From IMG/VR virus record IMGVR_UViG_3300012013_000859: 64,000 bases of DNA. One strand, given 5' to 3'. Below are positions 9,417 through 20,371 of the stretch, one piece after another. Position 1 is the first letter of the stretch. The number at the start of each line of letters is the position of its first letter. The position numbers and the translations under genes are program-made. Under the pieces are notes generated by a model. It searched no databases. It was given only the letters and a program-made list of their open reading frames with translations, and was not told the origin of the DNA. This DNA comes from an uncultured virus (IMG/VR IMGVR_UViG_3300012013_000859). Its lineage: Duplodnaviria > Heunggongvirae > Uroviricota > Caudoviricetes.

Positions 9417-10607
9417 TTAATGGTGTTTATTACGTGCTGATGTGGTACCAGGCCATGGTGGTATCTTACCAAGAGTAGTTAAATTAAATTTACCTAACGT
9501 TAAATTTAATATTGTACCATAATTACGAGCTGATGTGGTATCCGGTCCTGGTATTGATCCATTCGCTTCAATAAATGTTGTATTTAGTATTTTCGAAGCT
9601 GGTGTTTGATTATAAGCTGCAACTATAGCTGGATTTGATCCCCCATTTGTTCCAGAACCATTTACTTTAGCACCATCATTATTTCTAGGACGACTGTAAT
9701 AAAATAATGAATTAGCAGATAATGCTGGCGTAGCATAATCAACCGGTCCAAAATTAGCTACAGACCACATTGCATTCCGCCCGTCTTCATATGTAGTCCT
9801 AGCATCAGGACCTAATTTTTCTACTGAATAAGCTGGGTTAACTTGCCAGGTACGTAACCAATCCCAAGTAGTTCCATTAAATTTGTACTGCAATCCAAAC
9901 ATTTTTTGAAATTGATTGATATTATTATCGTTATCTCTTGTATTATTACTTGGATTGGTAATAACTATTGCATAATCCCCTGATGCTGGTGTACCATATA
10001 TGGGGTTAGGGTATAATTGATTAGCTGACCAAATTTTATCCAAATACATATCCCGAATTAATAATGCGTCGGGTATATAATAAGCAGTAAAGACATAATC
10101 ACTGGTACCATACTGGTTATATGGATATACACCATGATTGCTATTTGCACCAGCAGCTGCTGATAAAACATGAGGGTTAAATGTCTCCAAATCTAATAAA
10201 AATGTATGAACTGTTGGAGCTGTTGTTAACCCGGTAATAAGTCCATCTGTAATTGTAAGTGTCTTGACATTTGAAAATGTGCCATTCAAAGCTGTGCCAT
10301 TTGAATTTGCACAAGACAATACATTAAATAGATTACCCATTGCAAGTGTACCAGCATCATCAGATTGATATAAAACATTGCATTTTGAACCTTTGGCTCC
10401 TGTATATAAAAGTTCATTTATTCTAACATCAGTATCAAAAATTGCTGTACCACCAGATGGTGCTAATTGTAAACAGGTAGAAACACCAGCACCATCATAT
10501 ATACGATCTTGTTGGTTGACTGTTAAGCCTTCACTGTTACCGAAATGCAAAACACTTTTATATGTTAAATTAATTTGTTGACCTGTAAAATTTGGTGTTG
10601 TTGCCAT
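9417..10607 (-). CDS. Virion structural protein (fibre/baseplate associated)
   Basis: N-terminal FTGQQINLTYKSVLH...DGAG pattern of phage fibre proteins; has its own late-promoter box; structural context. Confidence 0.5.
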   Translation of the reverse strand: MATTPNFTGQQINLTYKSVLHFGNSEGLTVNQQDRIYDGAGVSTCLQLAPSGGTAIFDTDVRINELLYTGAKGSKCNVLYQSDDAGTLAMGNLFNVLSCANSNGTALNGTFSNVKTLTITDGLITGLTTAPTVHTFLLDLETFNPHVLSAAAGANSNHGVYPYNQYGTSDYVFTAYYIPDALLIRDMYLDKIWSANQLYPNPIYGTPASGDYAIVITNPSNNTRDNDNNINQFQKMFGLQYKFNGTTWDWLRTWQVNPAYSVEKLGPDARTTYEDGRNAMWSVANFGPVDYATPALSANSLFYYSRPRNNDGAKVNGSGTNGGSNPAIVAAYNQTPASKILNTTFIEANGSIPGPDTTSARNYGTILNLTLGKFNLTTLGKIPPWPGTTSARNKHH

Positions 10608-10635
10608 ACTTTTTATTATTTATGAGAAAATCACA

Positions 10636-12540
10636 TTATTCAATTGAATCAATTGAAGATAAGCTGGTGTTTATTGTATTTTTTACAAATACTTGAGTAA
10701 GTTCAGCCAAGTTTAATTGGGTTTGATAAATGTTTGTTAATATCTGATTAATAACACCGCTTTGTACTAATTCATTTGCATTTACAAATGCATCCAATTC
10801 ATTTACCAATGAAACACTATTCAATTCATTATTTGTTAAATAACTATACCCTGTATATCTTAAAATATTTGTATCATCATATTCCCCCGCGAATTTACCT
10901 AATAACAAATCTTTAATAACTAAAGTATTTTTATATAATTTAAAAAATTCTTTATTAAATGTAGAAGCTTGCGCATACTCATCCTGGTTAAGTTTAACAC
11001 TTTCTAAATTATAATATGATACATTTGGTGCACTTAATACCGTATCATATTTAGTTTTTTCATAAAAATGAAATATTCTACTATTTGCAAGTACAAAAAT
11101 ATCTTCGTTATCTGTTTGTGTTGGTAATATAATTATATCTTTTAAAATAGTTTGGGTTAAAAATTCATCTGTAAAACTCCAAGTAAATAATGTTTCATTG
11201 AAATTAGTACCCTGTAAGTTCCAAATTGGATATATTGATCCTGAAAAATTACCTGCAGAAAATGTAGCAACTGTTTTATTCGGTTTACTTATATATTTTT
11301 TAAATATACGTGAATTTGTAATAGCGTAAAATACATTAGAATCTTGTTCAGCGAAATCAAAACTTTCAAATAAAGATTCATCACTAAAAACAAATGTCTG
11401 TGGGTCCTCAAATTCCCATTCATTCAACTTGTTGAAATTTTCATCGTATTCTTGAAAATACGTTTTAAATTGTAATTCATCATTTAGTAAAACATAAAAA
11501 TGATCATTCATTTTACGGTATTTTATATCTTTTATAACACGTTGTGTGTTGTTGTTATTAAATGTAATATTTTTAACAAATATAAAATCAGTATTGTACA
11601 CTTTTATAATATTTGCATTGGAACTGTAAACCAATACATTATTAGGACTTGTTCCTACAACAGTGGGTGAATTAAATTTATTTGTTTGATTTATTACGCC
11701 AAGTCCTCCAATAGTTTCTACCAAATATCTTTTAAATTCTACACTAGTATCATTATTAAAAAAACCTAGCACATCATACTTGTATATTTGGTTTGTAATT
11801 TTATCTGTTATAAAAACATACTTAACACCGTCAAAACTTATATCAGAAAGATACCGTGTTTGTTCCTGTGTGTTATTGTCAATTAGATTTGTATATAATA
11901 CTACACCGGTAGATGAAAAATCACTGTTTACCTTGATACCAATTAAATGTGTATCTGATATACCTAATATACCAAATCCGGTTTTATCGTCGTATGGCAC
12001 AACAACAAATTTTTTCATTTTATCAATTTCATTATATTGACCAGATAAAGATGGAACACCAGATAATGGTGCAAATGCCTGTTGTGTTGTTGGATCTGTT
12101 TTTATCCACTCTAAATTACCAAATGTTTTTACCCCTGATAATGTTGTTTTACCAGTAACTCCAAATGTGTGTGTATAATTAACCGGTAAATTTGTTGACC
12201 CTAGAAATAAATTTGAATATGTGTACAATAAATTGTAAAACAAATAATTTATTTTGGTGTTCAATGTAAAGAAATTAACAATTTCATTGGGTTCAATTAC
12301 AATATCCCTTAATTCATAAGGTAATGATATTGTATCATCAACAACTCGATCTCGATTGTATTCAGAAACATATAAATCTGCAGCCAACTTACTTGTTGGT
12401 AACAACTGTTCTGATGTTTCAGATGGATATTTTTCAGTGTAAGCAGTTTTATTATCTATTACATGTAAATATCCGGCGTAATCATCCCCATTTAATTTGT
12501 TGAATAATCCGCCACTGACATAGTTAAATTTTGTTTGCAT
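10636..12540 (-). CDS. Baseplate-associated protein with NHL-like beta-propeller
   Basis: DISFDGVKYVFITD..NQIYKY and KFNSPT blades; sits in the baseplate cluster. Confidence 0.5.
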   Translation of the reverse strand: MQTKFNYVSGGLFNKLNGDDYAGYLHVIDNKTAYTEKYPSETSEQLLPTSKLAADLYVSEYNRDRVVDDTISLPYELRDIVIEPNEIVNFFTLNTKINYLFYNLLYTYSNLFLGSTNLPVNYTHTFGVTGKTTLSGVKTFGNLEWIKTDPTTQQAFAPLSGVPSLSGQYNEIDKMKKFVVVPYDDKTGFGILGISDTHLIGIKVNSDFSSTGVVLYTNLIDNNTQEQTRYLSDISFDGVKYVFITDKITNQIYKYDVLGFFNNDTSVEFKRYLVETIGGLGVINQTNKFNSPTVVGTSPNNVLVYSSNANIIKVYNTDFIFVKNITFNNNNTQRVIKDIKYRKMNDHFYVLLNDELQFKTYFQEYDENFNKLNEWEFEDPQTFVFSDESLFESFDFAEQDSNVFYAITNSRIFKKYISKPNKTVATFSAGNFSGSIYPIWNLQGTNFNETLFTWSFTDEFLTQTILKDIIILPTQTDNEDIFVLANSRIFHFYEKTKYDTVLSAPNVSYYNLESVKLNQDEYAQASTFNKEFFKLYKNTLVIKDLLLGKFAGEYDDTNILRYTGYSYLTNNELNSVSLVNELDAFVNANELVQSGVINQILTNIYQTQLNLAELTQVFVKNTINTSLSSIDSIE

Positions 12541-14027
12541 TAGTATGTTTTGAATGTTATTTCATTAATATTTACATTTGCAGGTAAAATTTGCTGCAAT
12601 CTATCTCGTATAATTACCTTTAATTGATCTTGTATGTTTGTATCATTTATTTGACTGTTTTTAATTAAAATATTAATATTATTGCTTTTATTTGCAGGTA
12701 CATTTAATTTAAATGCACGTTCAATTTGGTCCAGTTCATTGCGTTGATCAGATGGTAAACTCAACACAGCATCTTGCATTTGTGCACCATTATATGTTAA
12801 AAACCGTATTTCATTATCTGTTAATGCTGTGTTGTATAATTTAAATTGTTTGATGTAACTGTTATCAACAAAATAATAGTTGTTTTGCTTTAGGTATTTA
12901 AACAATGGTACATTATCATAAAACCCTGTACATCCAACTGCTATACCATCTTGTGAAATATCTTGAAAAACATATGTACCAAGTGGAATATTTACATTTT
13001 TATATAATCCCCCGTCAACAAATACACTAACATTACCTTGTTCAGAATCTAATCGTAATGCAAAATGATGTGCACCTGTTGTAAATAATGATACATCAAC
13101 TGGTATATTAACAATTAACATATCATGGTTGTTTTGTGTATTTGTTAATTTCAATTTAAATGAAAATTCCTGTTGTGGGTGATTTTCTTTTAAATATGAA
13201 AAATTAGTTAAATTATAAATTGGTTGTGGTAATGTACTTGAATTAACACATGGTGCATTAAGACTTAATCCGAGGAATTTAAAATCAGTAATTGTCTTGT
13301 TTTTTTCATCAACTTTAAATAATGCAAGATTATTTGTGTTGTCTTTGCAAAGAACTATTGGGTATTGTTTTATACCAGTTGGTGTATATTCTCTTACTAA
13401 ATCAATTGCAAGTAATTGACTAATTTTTTGGGTAGTTAATATTTGTAGAACATTAATTTTGTATAATAATTTGAAAGAATCTGTATATTTACTAATTGTG
13501 GGGTTGGTATCACCGTGTATCATTGTTACATTATTGTCTGTATCAATAACAAAATCATGAATTTTAGTGTTTGATACAATTGATCTATATGATTGAATAT
13601 TAGATGATACCCCACAATTTAATGTAGATTTGCCGAAGTTTGGTTCTTTTGATCTTATTTTAAAATCTAAACTTTCATATGTTAATAATGTATCTTGTTT
13701 TGGATTTAAATTACCATTTTCAATATATAATACCTGATTATTTTTAAATTTACGAACAGATCTTCCACGGAAACCATAAACGTTATCATTTTCAACTATA
13801 ATTGATTTTACAAGGTATGACGCACCATCATCACTCCCTGTAATAGCTTTCATAATAGTTTCTTCTTCACTGTAAAAATCCCATTTTATTACATCACCGT
13901 TTGTTGTTGTTAAAAAATATATTGCAGTTTCAGTTGAATATGATGCAATATATTCAGTTGAATTGTTGCCCATAGAGTCGTAGATAGCTCCATTTGCATT
14001 ATATTTTATTGTTGTTGGAATACTCAT
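12540..14027 (-). CDS. Structural protein with C-terminal half of a LamG/ConA-like domain
   Basis: HHFALRLD...VSVFVDG...IKQFKLYNTALTDNEI. Confidence 0.6.
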   Translation of the reverse strand: MSIPTTIKYNANGAIYDSMGNNSTEYIASYSTETAIYFLTTTNGDVIKWDFYSEEETIMKAITGSDDGASYLVKSIIVENDNVYGFRGRSVRKFKNNQVLYIENGNLNPKQDTLLTYESLDFKIRSKEPNFGKSTLNCGVSSNIQSYRSIVSNTKIHDFVIDTDNNVTMIHGDTNPTISKYTDSFKLLYKINVLQILTTQKISQLLAIDLVREYTPTGIKQYPIVLCKDNTNNLALFKVDEKNKTITDFKFLGLSLNAPCVNSSTLPQPIYNLTNFSYLKENHPQQEFSFKLKLTNTQNNHDMLIVNIPVDVSLFTTGAHHFALRLDSEQGNVSVFVDGGLYKNVNIPLGTYVFQDISQDGIAVGCTGFYDNVPLFKYLKQNNYYFVDNSYIKQFKLYNTALTDNEIRFLTYNGAQMQDAVLSLPSDQRNELDQIERAFKLNVPANKSNNINILIKNSQINDTNIQDQLKVIIRDRLQQILPANVNINEITFKTY

Positions 14028-14033
14028 AAATTA

Positions 14034-16937
14034 TTACCAGTTTAACGACCATTGAACCCGACTTTGTTTTGGTGTTGTTTGATTTGTTGCAATGCGTACG
14101 TATATATTAGATGGTGGCTGTGCACTAGTTGATATAAGAGCTGTGTAACCAGCACTTTGTATTGCATCACCACCCGCTACCGATACCAAGTTATTTAATG
14201 TATTATCTACGCTACTATAAATAGTAAATGTTGTGGTATCTCCATCTAGATTATTAAAATTGTACAACATGTACCCTGTTGAACTATTTACAACAGGTGT
14301 TATTCTATACCATATTGATCCATTACGACCACCAGTTATTGTTTCACCAGTTTCAGCAGTTGCACATTGAGTGTTACCTATTTCGTCCATTATATGAGCA
14401 TTACCATAATTTATAGCATTTGCAAACATATCATTTACTGGGGAGGATGTACACCCCGGTGGTGGCCCCGGGTGTGGGGTTGTTGGTGTAATAGTAGTGG
14501 TAGTGGTCGTGAAACTCGGTAACGTTATAATACCAGGGGTACTATTTGGTGGTGTGGTAATCGTGCCTGGTGCCGGGGTTGTTGGTGTAATAGTAGTGGT
14601 AGTTGTTGTTGTACCACATGCAGCATAATTCAACACTATTTGAATATCGTTACTGCAATATCGTGTATCACATTCCGGTGTTTGTGTGTCAACTATACAT
14701 ACATTTGAATTGTCTGCTGTTACAGATGTAGATGTTGTGGTTTCAAACACTAACACATTTTGAAAACCTGCTGCACATAATGTAGTTACTGCAGAATATA
14801 CAGTTGTTCCGGTAATACATGGTACGATAAATAATTTACATGGTTCAATTAGTAAATTTAAATCTGTTTCAGTATTAATATAGTCAAATGTTTCAGTTAA
14901 AAGTACACCACAATTACATTCTGTTGGTGGTAATGAATTAAGTGTGCATGTTAATATTTTCGGTACAACAATTGCCCCAGCAGGTGCTAAATGATCTGTT
15001 CGATGTAATGTTTTTACAAAATATGCAGTTGTATAAGTAACAGATGTATAATCATTAGGTATTATAGTTTCTGAAGATGGTGCAAATTCACTTGATTCAA
15101 ATCTAACAGTGTCAATCAAATTAAAATCCGTATTGTAAATATACACACCAGTTAAAGCTGGTACATTAATAAACGGTGTAACCAATTGATCATACATTAC
15201 TCCAAATCCCCTATCGGTAAGATTACCGACAATTTGATGTCCAAATTCTTGTTGCCAATTGTCAGCACCCAACCAAAACGATAAAGTAAATTGAGAATTT
15301 TCATTTAATTTATTGTAATTTGTAATTAATGCATATGAATTATTATTAAGATTGTATATTTTATCATCTAATCCACCTTCAATCACAATTTCAGTACCTT
15401 TAGCAGTTATAAGATCTAATCCATCTTGAATAATACTTCGTGATAATGCAGTTACAATTTCATCAACGTATTTTTCACCAATTCTATGGTAAATATATTC
15501 TGTACTTGGAGTGAAAACCAAATCACTTTTTTTATCAACAAATGTAAATTCTGATAATGGTAATTCACCAGTAATTGCTGCCAAAACTGGATTGTTGTAT
15601 GTATCTATTACATCAACAGTTCCAGCAGTTAAAGCTGCAACATAACTAATCATTGATGGGTTGTAATATCTATCAACCCAAACACCTGGTGTGTTTGCAT
15701 TATCAGTTAATAACCATGTACACAAATATTGGCCATCATTATATGAATATGCAGATTGGTCTCGTTTTGTAAAAATTTTATCAGAATAATATGGTGCATC
15801 CCCACCAATTGCACCAGCTTTATTCCATAATGTATCATTTACATTTAATTGTTCAAATGGATATAAACTAGGTGATGTGTTGAAAATCGTATATTGATCA
15901 GGTTTAAACAAATAATCTGTATTATAACATTCATAATTTAATGTAATATTAGAATCACCAAGTTCTTGTTGATTACCAGTAAATACATTACTGTAAAAAC
16001 GATTTTGAACTTGTGGTGTATCTTGATTTAATTCATGATTGACGTTATCGGAACGATAACTGTAATTTTTGTGTGTGAATTGATTTTTCAACACTAAAAA
16101 ATTATAATCGATTGAATTATCTTTTATATATGAATATTGACTTGTAAATAAAATGTTGTTTGTAAGATTTAATTTACTTTTATCAGGGTTTGCTTTTAAA
16201 GAGTTCCGATCAGTTGTGTCATACGAAATCCACGTTGTATTTAAATTTGATGTTAAGTTATTTTTGTAATAATTAACGTTGAAATATGTGCTTGAATTGA
16301 AAAATATATTAGATCCTGTTTGGACAGGTGAAATAGTTAGTCTATCAGCAATATCACTAACAATATACGTTTGACTATTATATATCACAAATAAAGATAA
16401 ACAATTTGAATTTTTATCAAGTTGATATCTAAAAATATATGGTGTATTTTGTGTAAGTTCTAATGCAGATGCAGTTGGTGAATATGATAAATAATATAAT
16501 ATATTATTATTTTGATGTGTAACTGTTGCACATAATGTATTCAATAAAGTTACAGTAAAATATGTAGAATTTGTATCAATAGCATCATTGAGTTTTGAAT
16601 AATAATATTGTCCATTACAGTTGTTGAATGTTACAAATTTTGTATTATCATCAACCCCGTTGTATGCATATAATGCTAAAGTTGTACTAAATATATCAAT
16701 ATAATCAATAGGTTTAATGTTTATATTGATTACATCATTCAACAGTACATTATCACCCAATACAATATTACTATAATTGTTGATTTTTGCGTCTTTGAAA
16801 TTACTAAAAATATTTTCAGAAAACAGGTTCAACCCTTCTGGTGTAATAATTTGATATTTTTTAAAATTCAAATCAGTATCCAATGTGTATGTTGCACTCA
16901 ACGGTATACAGTAATCCTTTACGCTTAAAATTTGCAT
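14034..16937 (-). CDS. Large baseplate/appendage protein: LamG N-half, PASTA-like domain, Thr/Pro linker, NDxFANA domain
   Basis: SQFTLSFWL; VPCITG...AVTTLCAAGF...IVDTQTP; TTTTTTITPTTP twice; PVNDMFANAI...ATAETGE...SIWYRITP. Confidence 0.6.
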   Translation of the reverse strand: MQILSVKDYCIPLSATYTLDTDLNFKKYQIITPEGLNLFSENIFSNFKDAKINNYSNIVLGDNVLLNDVININIKPIDYIDIFSTTLALYAYNGVDDNTKFVTFNNCNGQYYYSKLNDAIDTNSTYFTVTLLNTLCATVTHQNNNILYYLSYSPTASALELTQNTPYIFRYQLDKNSNCLSLFVIYNSQTYIVSDIADRLTISPVQTGSNIFFNSSTYFNVNYYKNNLTSNLNTTWISYDTTDRNSLKANPDKSKLNLTNNILFTSQYSYIKDNSIDYNFLVLKNQFTHKNYSYRSDNVNHELNQDTPQVQNRFYSNVFTGNQQELGDSNITLNYECYNTDYLFKPDQYTIFNTSPSLYPFEQLNVNDTLWNKAGAIGGDAPYYSDKIFTKRDQSAYSYNDGQYLCTWLLTDNANTPGVWVDRYYNPSMISYVAALTAGTVDVIDTYNNPVLAAITGELPLSEFTFVDKKSDLVFTPSTEYIYHRIGEKYVDEIVTALSRSIIQDGLDLITAKGTEIVIEGGLDDKIYNLNNNSYALITNYNKLNENSQFTLSFWLGADNWQQEFGHQIVGNLTDRGFGVMYDQLVTPFINVPALTGVYIYNTDFNLIDTVRFESSEFAPSSETIIPNDYTSVTYTTAYFVKTLHRTDHLAPAGAIVVPKILTCTLNSLPPTECNCGVLLTETFDYINTETDLNLLIEPCKLFIVPCITGTTVYSAVTTLCAAGFQNVLVFETTTSTSVTADNSNVCIVDTQTPECDTRYCSNDIQIVLNYAACGTTTTTTTITPTTPAPGTITTPPNSTPGIITLPSFTTTTTTITPTTPHPGPPPGCTSSPVNDMFANAINYGNAHIMDEIGNTQCATAETGETITGGRNGSIWYRITPVVNSSTGYMLYNFNNLDGDTTTFTIYSSVDNTLNNLVSVAGGDAIQSAGYTALISTSAQPPSNIYVRIATNQTTPKQSRVQWSLNW
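14476..14603. repeat. 29-bp direct repeat (14476-14504, 14575-14603) encoding the Thr/Pro linker
   Basis: ggggttgttggtgtaatagtagtggtagt occurs twice exactly. Confidence 0.9.
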
Positions 16938-16954
16938 CACTAGTATTTATGGGT

Positions 16955-17479
16955 TCACGTCTTTAATACAACATTATACAAATTACCTGTTTTTGATTGA
17001 ATTAATGTAAAAATATCATTTGCAGAAGTATCTACAAATTGTGTACTTACAATTTTCAAATTTTCATACACATTGTAATACGAATCTTGTGTAATCCTAA
17101 TTGGTATCACAATTCTATATTGTGCATAATTACTAAATGTAAATAATATTTGTGCAGACAATTGTAAATAATATGTATTCAGGTCTGGTGTATAAACATG
17201 TGTGTATGGATTCAATGCTTCACTAAATGTACCATATTGTGCAATTCGAACTGTCTCATCAGTATTGGAATAGGTACGAATTATCTCTGTTTCATGTGTA
17301 AGTTGTGTAGAACCGTCACCGAAATCAACAATTGTTTTCAATGTTGCATTTTTACTATCATTTACACCTGATAAATTGAAAGTAATAGTTGTTGCACCTA
17401 AAAATACACGTTCATCCAAGTATTGTGTACCAGATGTATCCGTTGCTGTTAAATTTAAATAGTATGTATAATTATCCAT
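16955..17479 (-). CDS. PKD-like domain virion protein
   Basis: VDFGDGS ... YTHVY. Confidence 0.6.
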   Translation of the reverse strand: MDNYTYYLNLTATDTSGTQYLDERVFLGATTITFNLSGVNDSKNATLKTIVDFGDGSTQLTHETEIIRTYSNTDETVRIAQYGTFSEALNPYTHVYTPDLNTYYLQLSAQILFTFSNYAQYRIVIPIRITQDSYYNVYENLKIVSTQFVDTSANDIFTLIQSKTGNLYNVVLKT

Positions 17480-20345
17480 AAATTGTTATTGTTCCAGCAG
17501 TTTGATCAATTGATATTGGAGTTGATGTTAGTGGTGTAGTTGACACCAACCCTAATAACGTAAAGGTGTTCAAATCATACATATTATATGTTATTGCAGT
17601 TGCAGTGGATGCAATATTATAAACTGTTGTTTCATCTATATTTACAGTGTTACCTTTGTAATTAAATGTGATACTGTAAATATAAGCTAGGTCATTTGAG
17701 TCATTTCCTATAAATGCTAAATTGAACTTATCATTACGGCTATTATATGTTAATTTAGGTTTACTAATTCTAACAATTTTTGCAGTTAATTTACTCGCAA
17801 ATACACCAGTTAATGTAGCAAGTGAAGTTGTATTCACTGGGTATATTTTTTCAAGTGTTGTGTCAGTATAATTGTATTTGTAAATAATTGGGTAATATGA
17901 TACGGTATTACTATTACTGTTATAACTCGTAAGTCTTGCAACAAAACAATAGTTTCGATTTTCAAATATAAATGGTTCAGCACATGGTGCACTTACAGAA
18001 ATATTTAAAACAGTGTTTTGTGTATTGGGTGATATAAATTCTAAATCTTTGTAAACTAATTTATCAATAATAAGATAACTTGGAGTTTCAATAAAAATAA
18101 AATTATTATAAACTTGTAATGTTTTAATTGTTGAAGCTAACTGAGTTTGAATTTCACTAGAATATTTGGTAAATATATTAGTCAAAGCTGCTGAAATATG
18201 CAACACTTCTGATGTTCCAATATTTCTTACAAATGCTTGACCATCTAAATCAACATAATCATACAGAGACATATCATATTGATTTGATGTAACTGAAGAA
18301 AACAACGTTTTAGACGAATCTATAATAGTATCAACATATGCACTCTTTTTATATGTGTAATCATAATCATTAACTAGTTTGCAACTATTACCTGCAAATG
18401 TATCACAATCAATTAATTTATAGTTGGTACTACTTGTATTACATGCATCAAAGTTAGTACCAGCATCATACAAAGTATTGTAATAATATAGTGTATTTGT
18501 CGGATTACCAGGCCAACTAGGGGAATCAGTACTGTATGTTTCAGGTAATAAACTACCATCTTTGAATGTCAGTGCACCTCCATCCACGAATAAACATGTT
18601 ACATTTTCTGCAGGGCATTGTTCATATGGATACAACTCCCTGAAATGTAATGTGTATGCATAATCTGTAGCTGTTAAACTTGGAGACTGCGCTGTCAACC
18701 CAGTACGATTTGTATTTGTACCGTAATTACCAGTTAATGAATAATTGAAGTTGTATCCTTCTAAATTATCATATAGTTGGTACCCATCAATTACAATACA
18801 TTTGGGTGCAGTACTAGGTATTTCTGTGTAATTTTTACGTATTTTTTGTTTGAACACACCAAACTGGTTACCGTATATGTCTGATTTCCAATCTGTTATA
18901 ATTCCTTTATTGTATAAATTATTAAAAGCAACATTCAACCCAGATATACCAGTTTGAACACTATTATTAATTTGACCAACTGAAAAATAACTGTAGAAAC
19001 TTTGGGTATACGGATTAATTCTTATATCACCTTCAGCATAATACATACTTGCATTATTAACTGAGCTGGTATAATCAACTATTTGTATCAATGGGTATTC
19101 ATATGTACTTCTAGTTAATCCAGTTGTATTACCGTACAATGTAGGGTCTGGGAAAATGTAAACCTTATTGGGTAGTAATTTTGCATAATCAATAATGTAT
19201 TTTTTATCTGGATATGAAAAATACAATAATCCCGATTTATCGGGTGTGAAAAATAAACCAAATTGTCTAATTGATTCTAATTCAGATAATTCTGGAACTG
19301 TAGCAGTCGAAGGAAAATGTCTATTTAATAAATTACCAGATGGATTAACTGCTGTGAACAATTTATCATATTTTGGTGACGTAATGTCTGTACCAGTTGA
19401 TAGATAATAAAAATCAGTACCGATATATTTTTCAATTAATTGTTTTTTAAGATTTAAAAATCTATTATTATCTGCTTTATTAGCTGTAATATATTCAAAT
19501 AACTTATCACCTGGTTTGCAATTTAAATTGATTGTATCGAAATTATAATTAATTGAAAAATTGTTACCAATTTCTTTTAAAAACACCAAATTACCAAATA
19601 TGGATTTTCTTAATGCTGCATCAAAATCGGTAAACAAATCAATATCAATATCATTTACATTTGATGTGAAATAATCTTGGCGCTCTTTTGTTTGTACATT
19701 ATAATCACTATAAGTGTTATTTGGATCAATATCGAAGTAATTATTATAAAAATCAAACAACTCTTCAGTTTCGATATTTAGATTACTTGCTATTGCAGAA
19801 AGTGGTGTTTTGCTAATTGAGTAATCAGTAGGTTGATCATTTTGAAAAACATAATCAACTATTTCTTCAAATACGGCATGTTTTATACTTGTGTTACTAC
19901 CTTTAATTTTATTTCGTTCAACTTGAAACGTTAATTTATCTCGTTTTTCGATGTAAAACTGGCATATTTCAATTAATTTACGGGAATAAAATGGTATAAT
20001 AATTGCAACATCATTTGAATTATTATAATCAATATTAGACAAGAACCGTTTTTCTTCACTTGATGTATAATTTATTGAAATATCTTTAATTAATTCAATA
20101 TATCTATCTCTAATATTGGCTGTAACTACATCAGCCGTATTGTTTTTTAATGTGTACCATTTTTGTAAATAATTTTGATACGATACATTATATTCATGTG
20201 GTGTTATTACTTCTTTTGAAAATTTCAAAAAATCATAAAAAGTCAGCGGAGACTGATTATCTAATGCATGTGACTGAACGACATTTTCGTTAGTAATAGA
20301 ATTAGGTAATGTAACTTTTTTAAATGTTACTGTATCAATTGGCAT
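17472..20345 (-). CDS. Large baseplate wedge protein (gp7-like N-terminal region)
   Basis: IIPFYSRKL..I..FY...RNKIKGSNTSI resembles the Y..KG[ST] wedge motif; directly downstream of the gp25-gp6 cluster. Confidence 0.45.
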   Translation of the reverse strand: MPIDTVTFKKVTLPNSITNENVVQSHALDNQSPLTFYDFLKFSKEVITPHEYNVSYQNYLQKWYTLKNNTADVVTANIRDRYIELIKDISINYTSSEEKRFLSNIDYNNSNDVAIIIPFYSRKLIEICQFYIEKRDKLTFQVERNKIKGSNTSIKHAVFEEIVDYVFQNDQPTDYSISKTPLSAIASNLNIETEELFDFYNNYFDIDPNNTYSDYNVQTKERQDYFTSNVNDIDIDLFTDFDAALRKSIFGNLVFLKEIGNNFSINYNFDTINLNCKPGDKLFEYITANKADNNRFLNLKKQLIEKYIGTDFYYLSTGTDITSPKYDKLFTAVNPSGNLLNRHFPSTATVPELSELESIRQFGLFFTPDKSGLLYFSYPDKKYIIDYAKLLPNKVYIFPDPTLYGNTTGLTRSTYEYPLIQIVDYTSSVNNASMYYAEGDIRINPYTQSFYSYFSVGQINNSVQTGISGLNVAFNNLYNKGIITDWKSDIYGNQFGVFKQKIRKNYTEIPSTAPKCIVIDGYQLYDNLEGYNFNYSLTGNYGTNTNRTGLTAQSPSLTATDYAYTLHFRELYPYEQCPAENVTCLFVDGGALTFKDGSLLPETYSTDSPSWPGNPTNTLYYYNTLYDAGTNFDACNTSSTNYKLIDCDTFAGNSCKLVNDYDYTYKKSAYVDTIIDSSKTLFSSVTSNQYDMSLYDYVDLDGQAFVRNIGTSEVLHISAALTNIFTKYSSEIQTQLASTIKTLQVYNNFIFIETPSYLIIDKLVYKDLEFISPNTQNTVLNISVSAPCAEPFIFENRNYCFVARLTSYNSNSNTVSYYPIIYKYNYTDTTLEKIYPVNTTSLATLTGVFASKLTAKIVRISKPKLTYNSRNDKFNLAFIGNDSNDLAYIYSITFNYKGNTVNIDETTVYNIASTATAITYNMYDLNTFTLLGLVSTTPLTSTPISIDQTAGTITIYG

Positions 20346-20371
20346 ATTAGTATTTAATTGTCAACGTTAAC

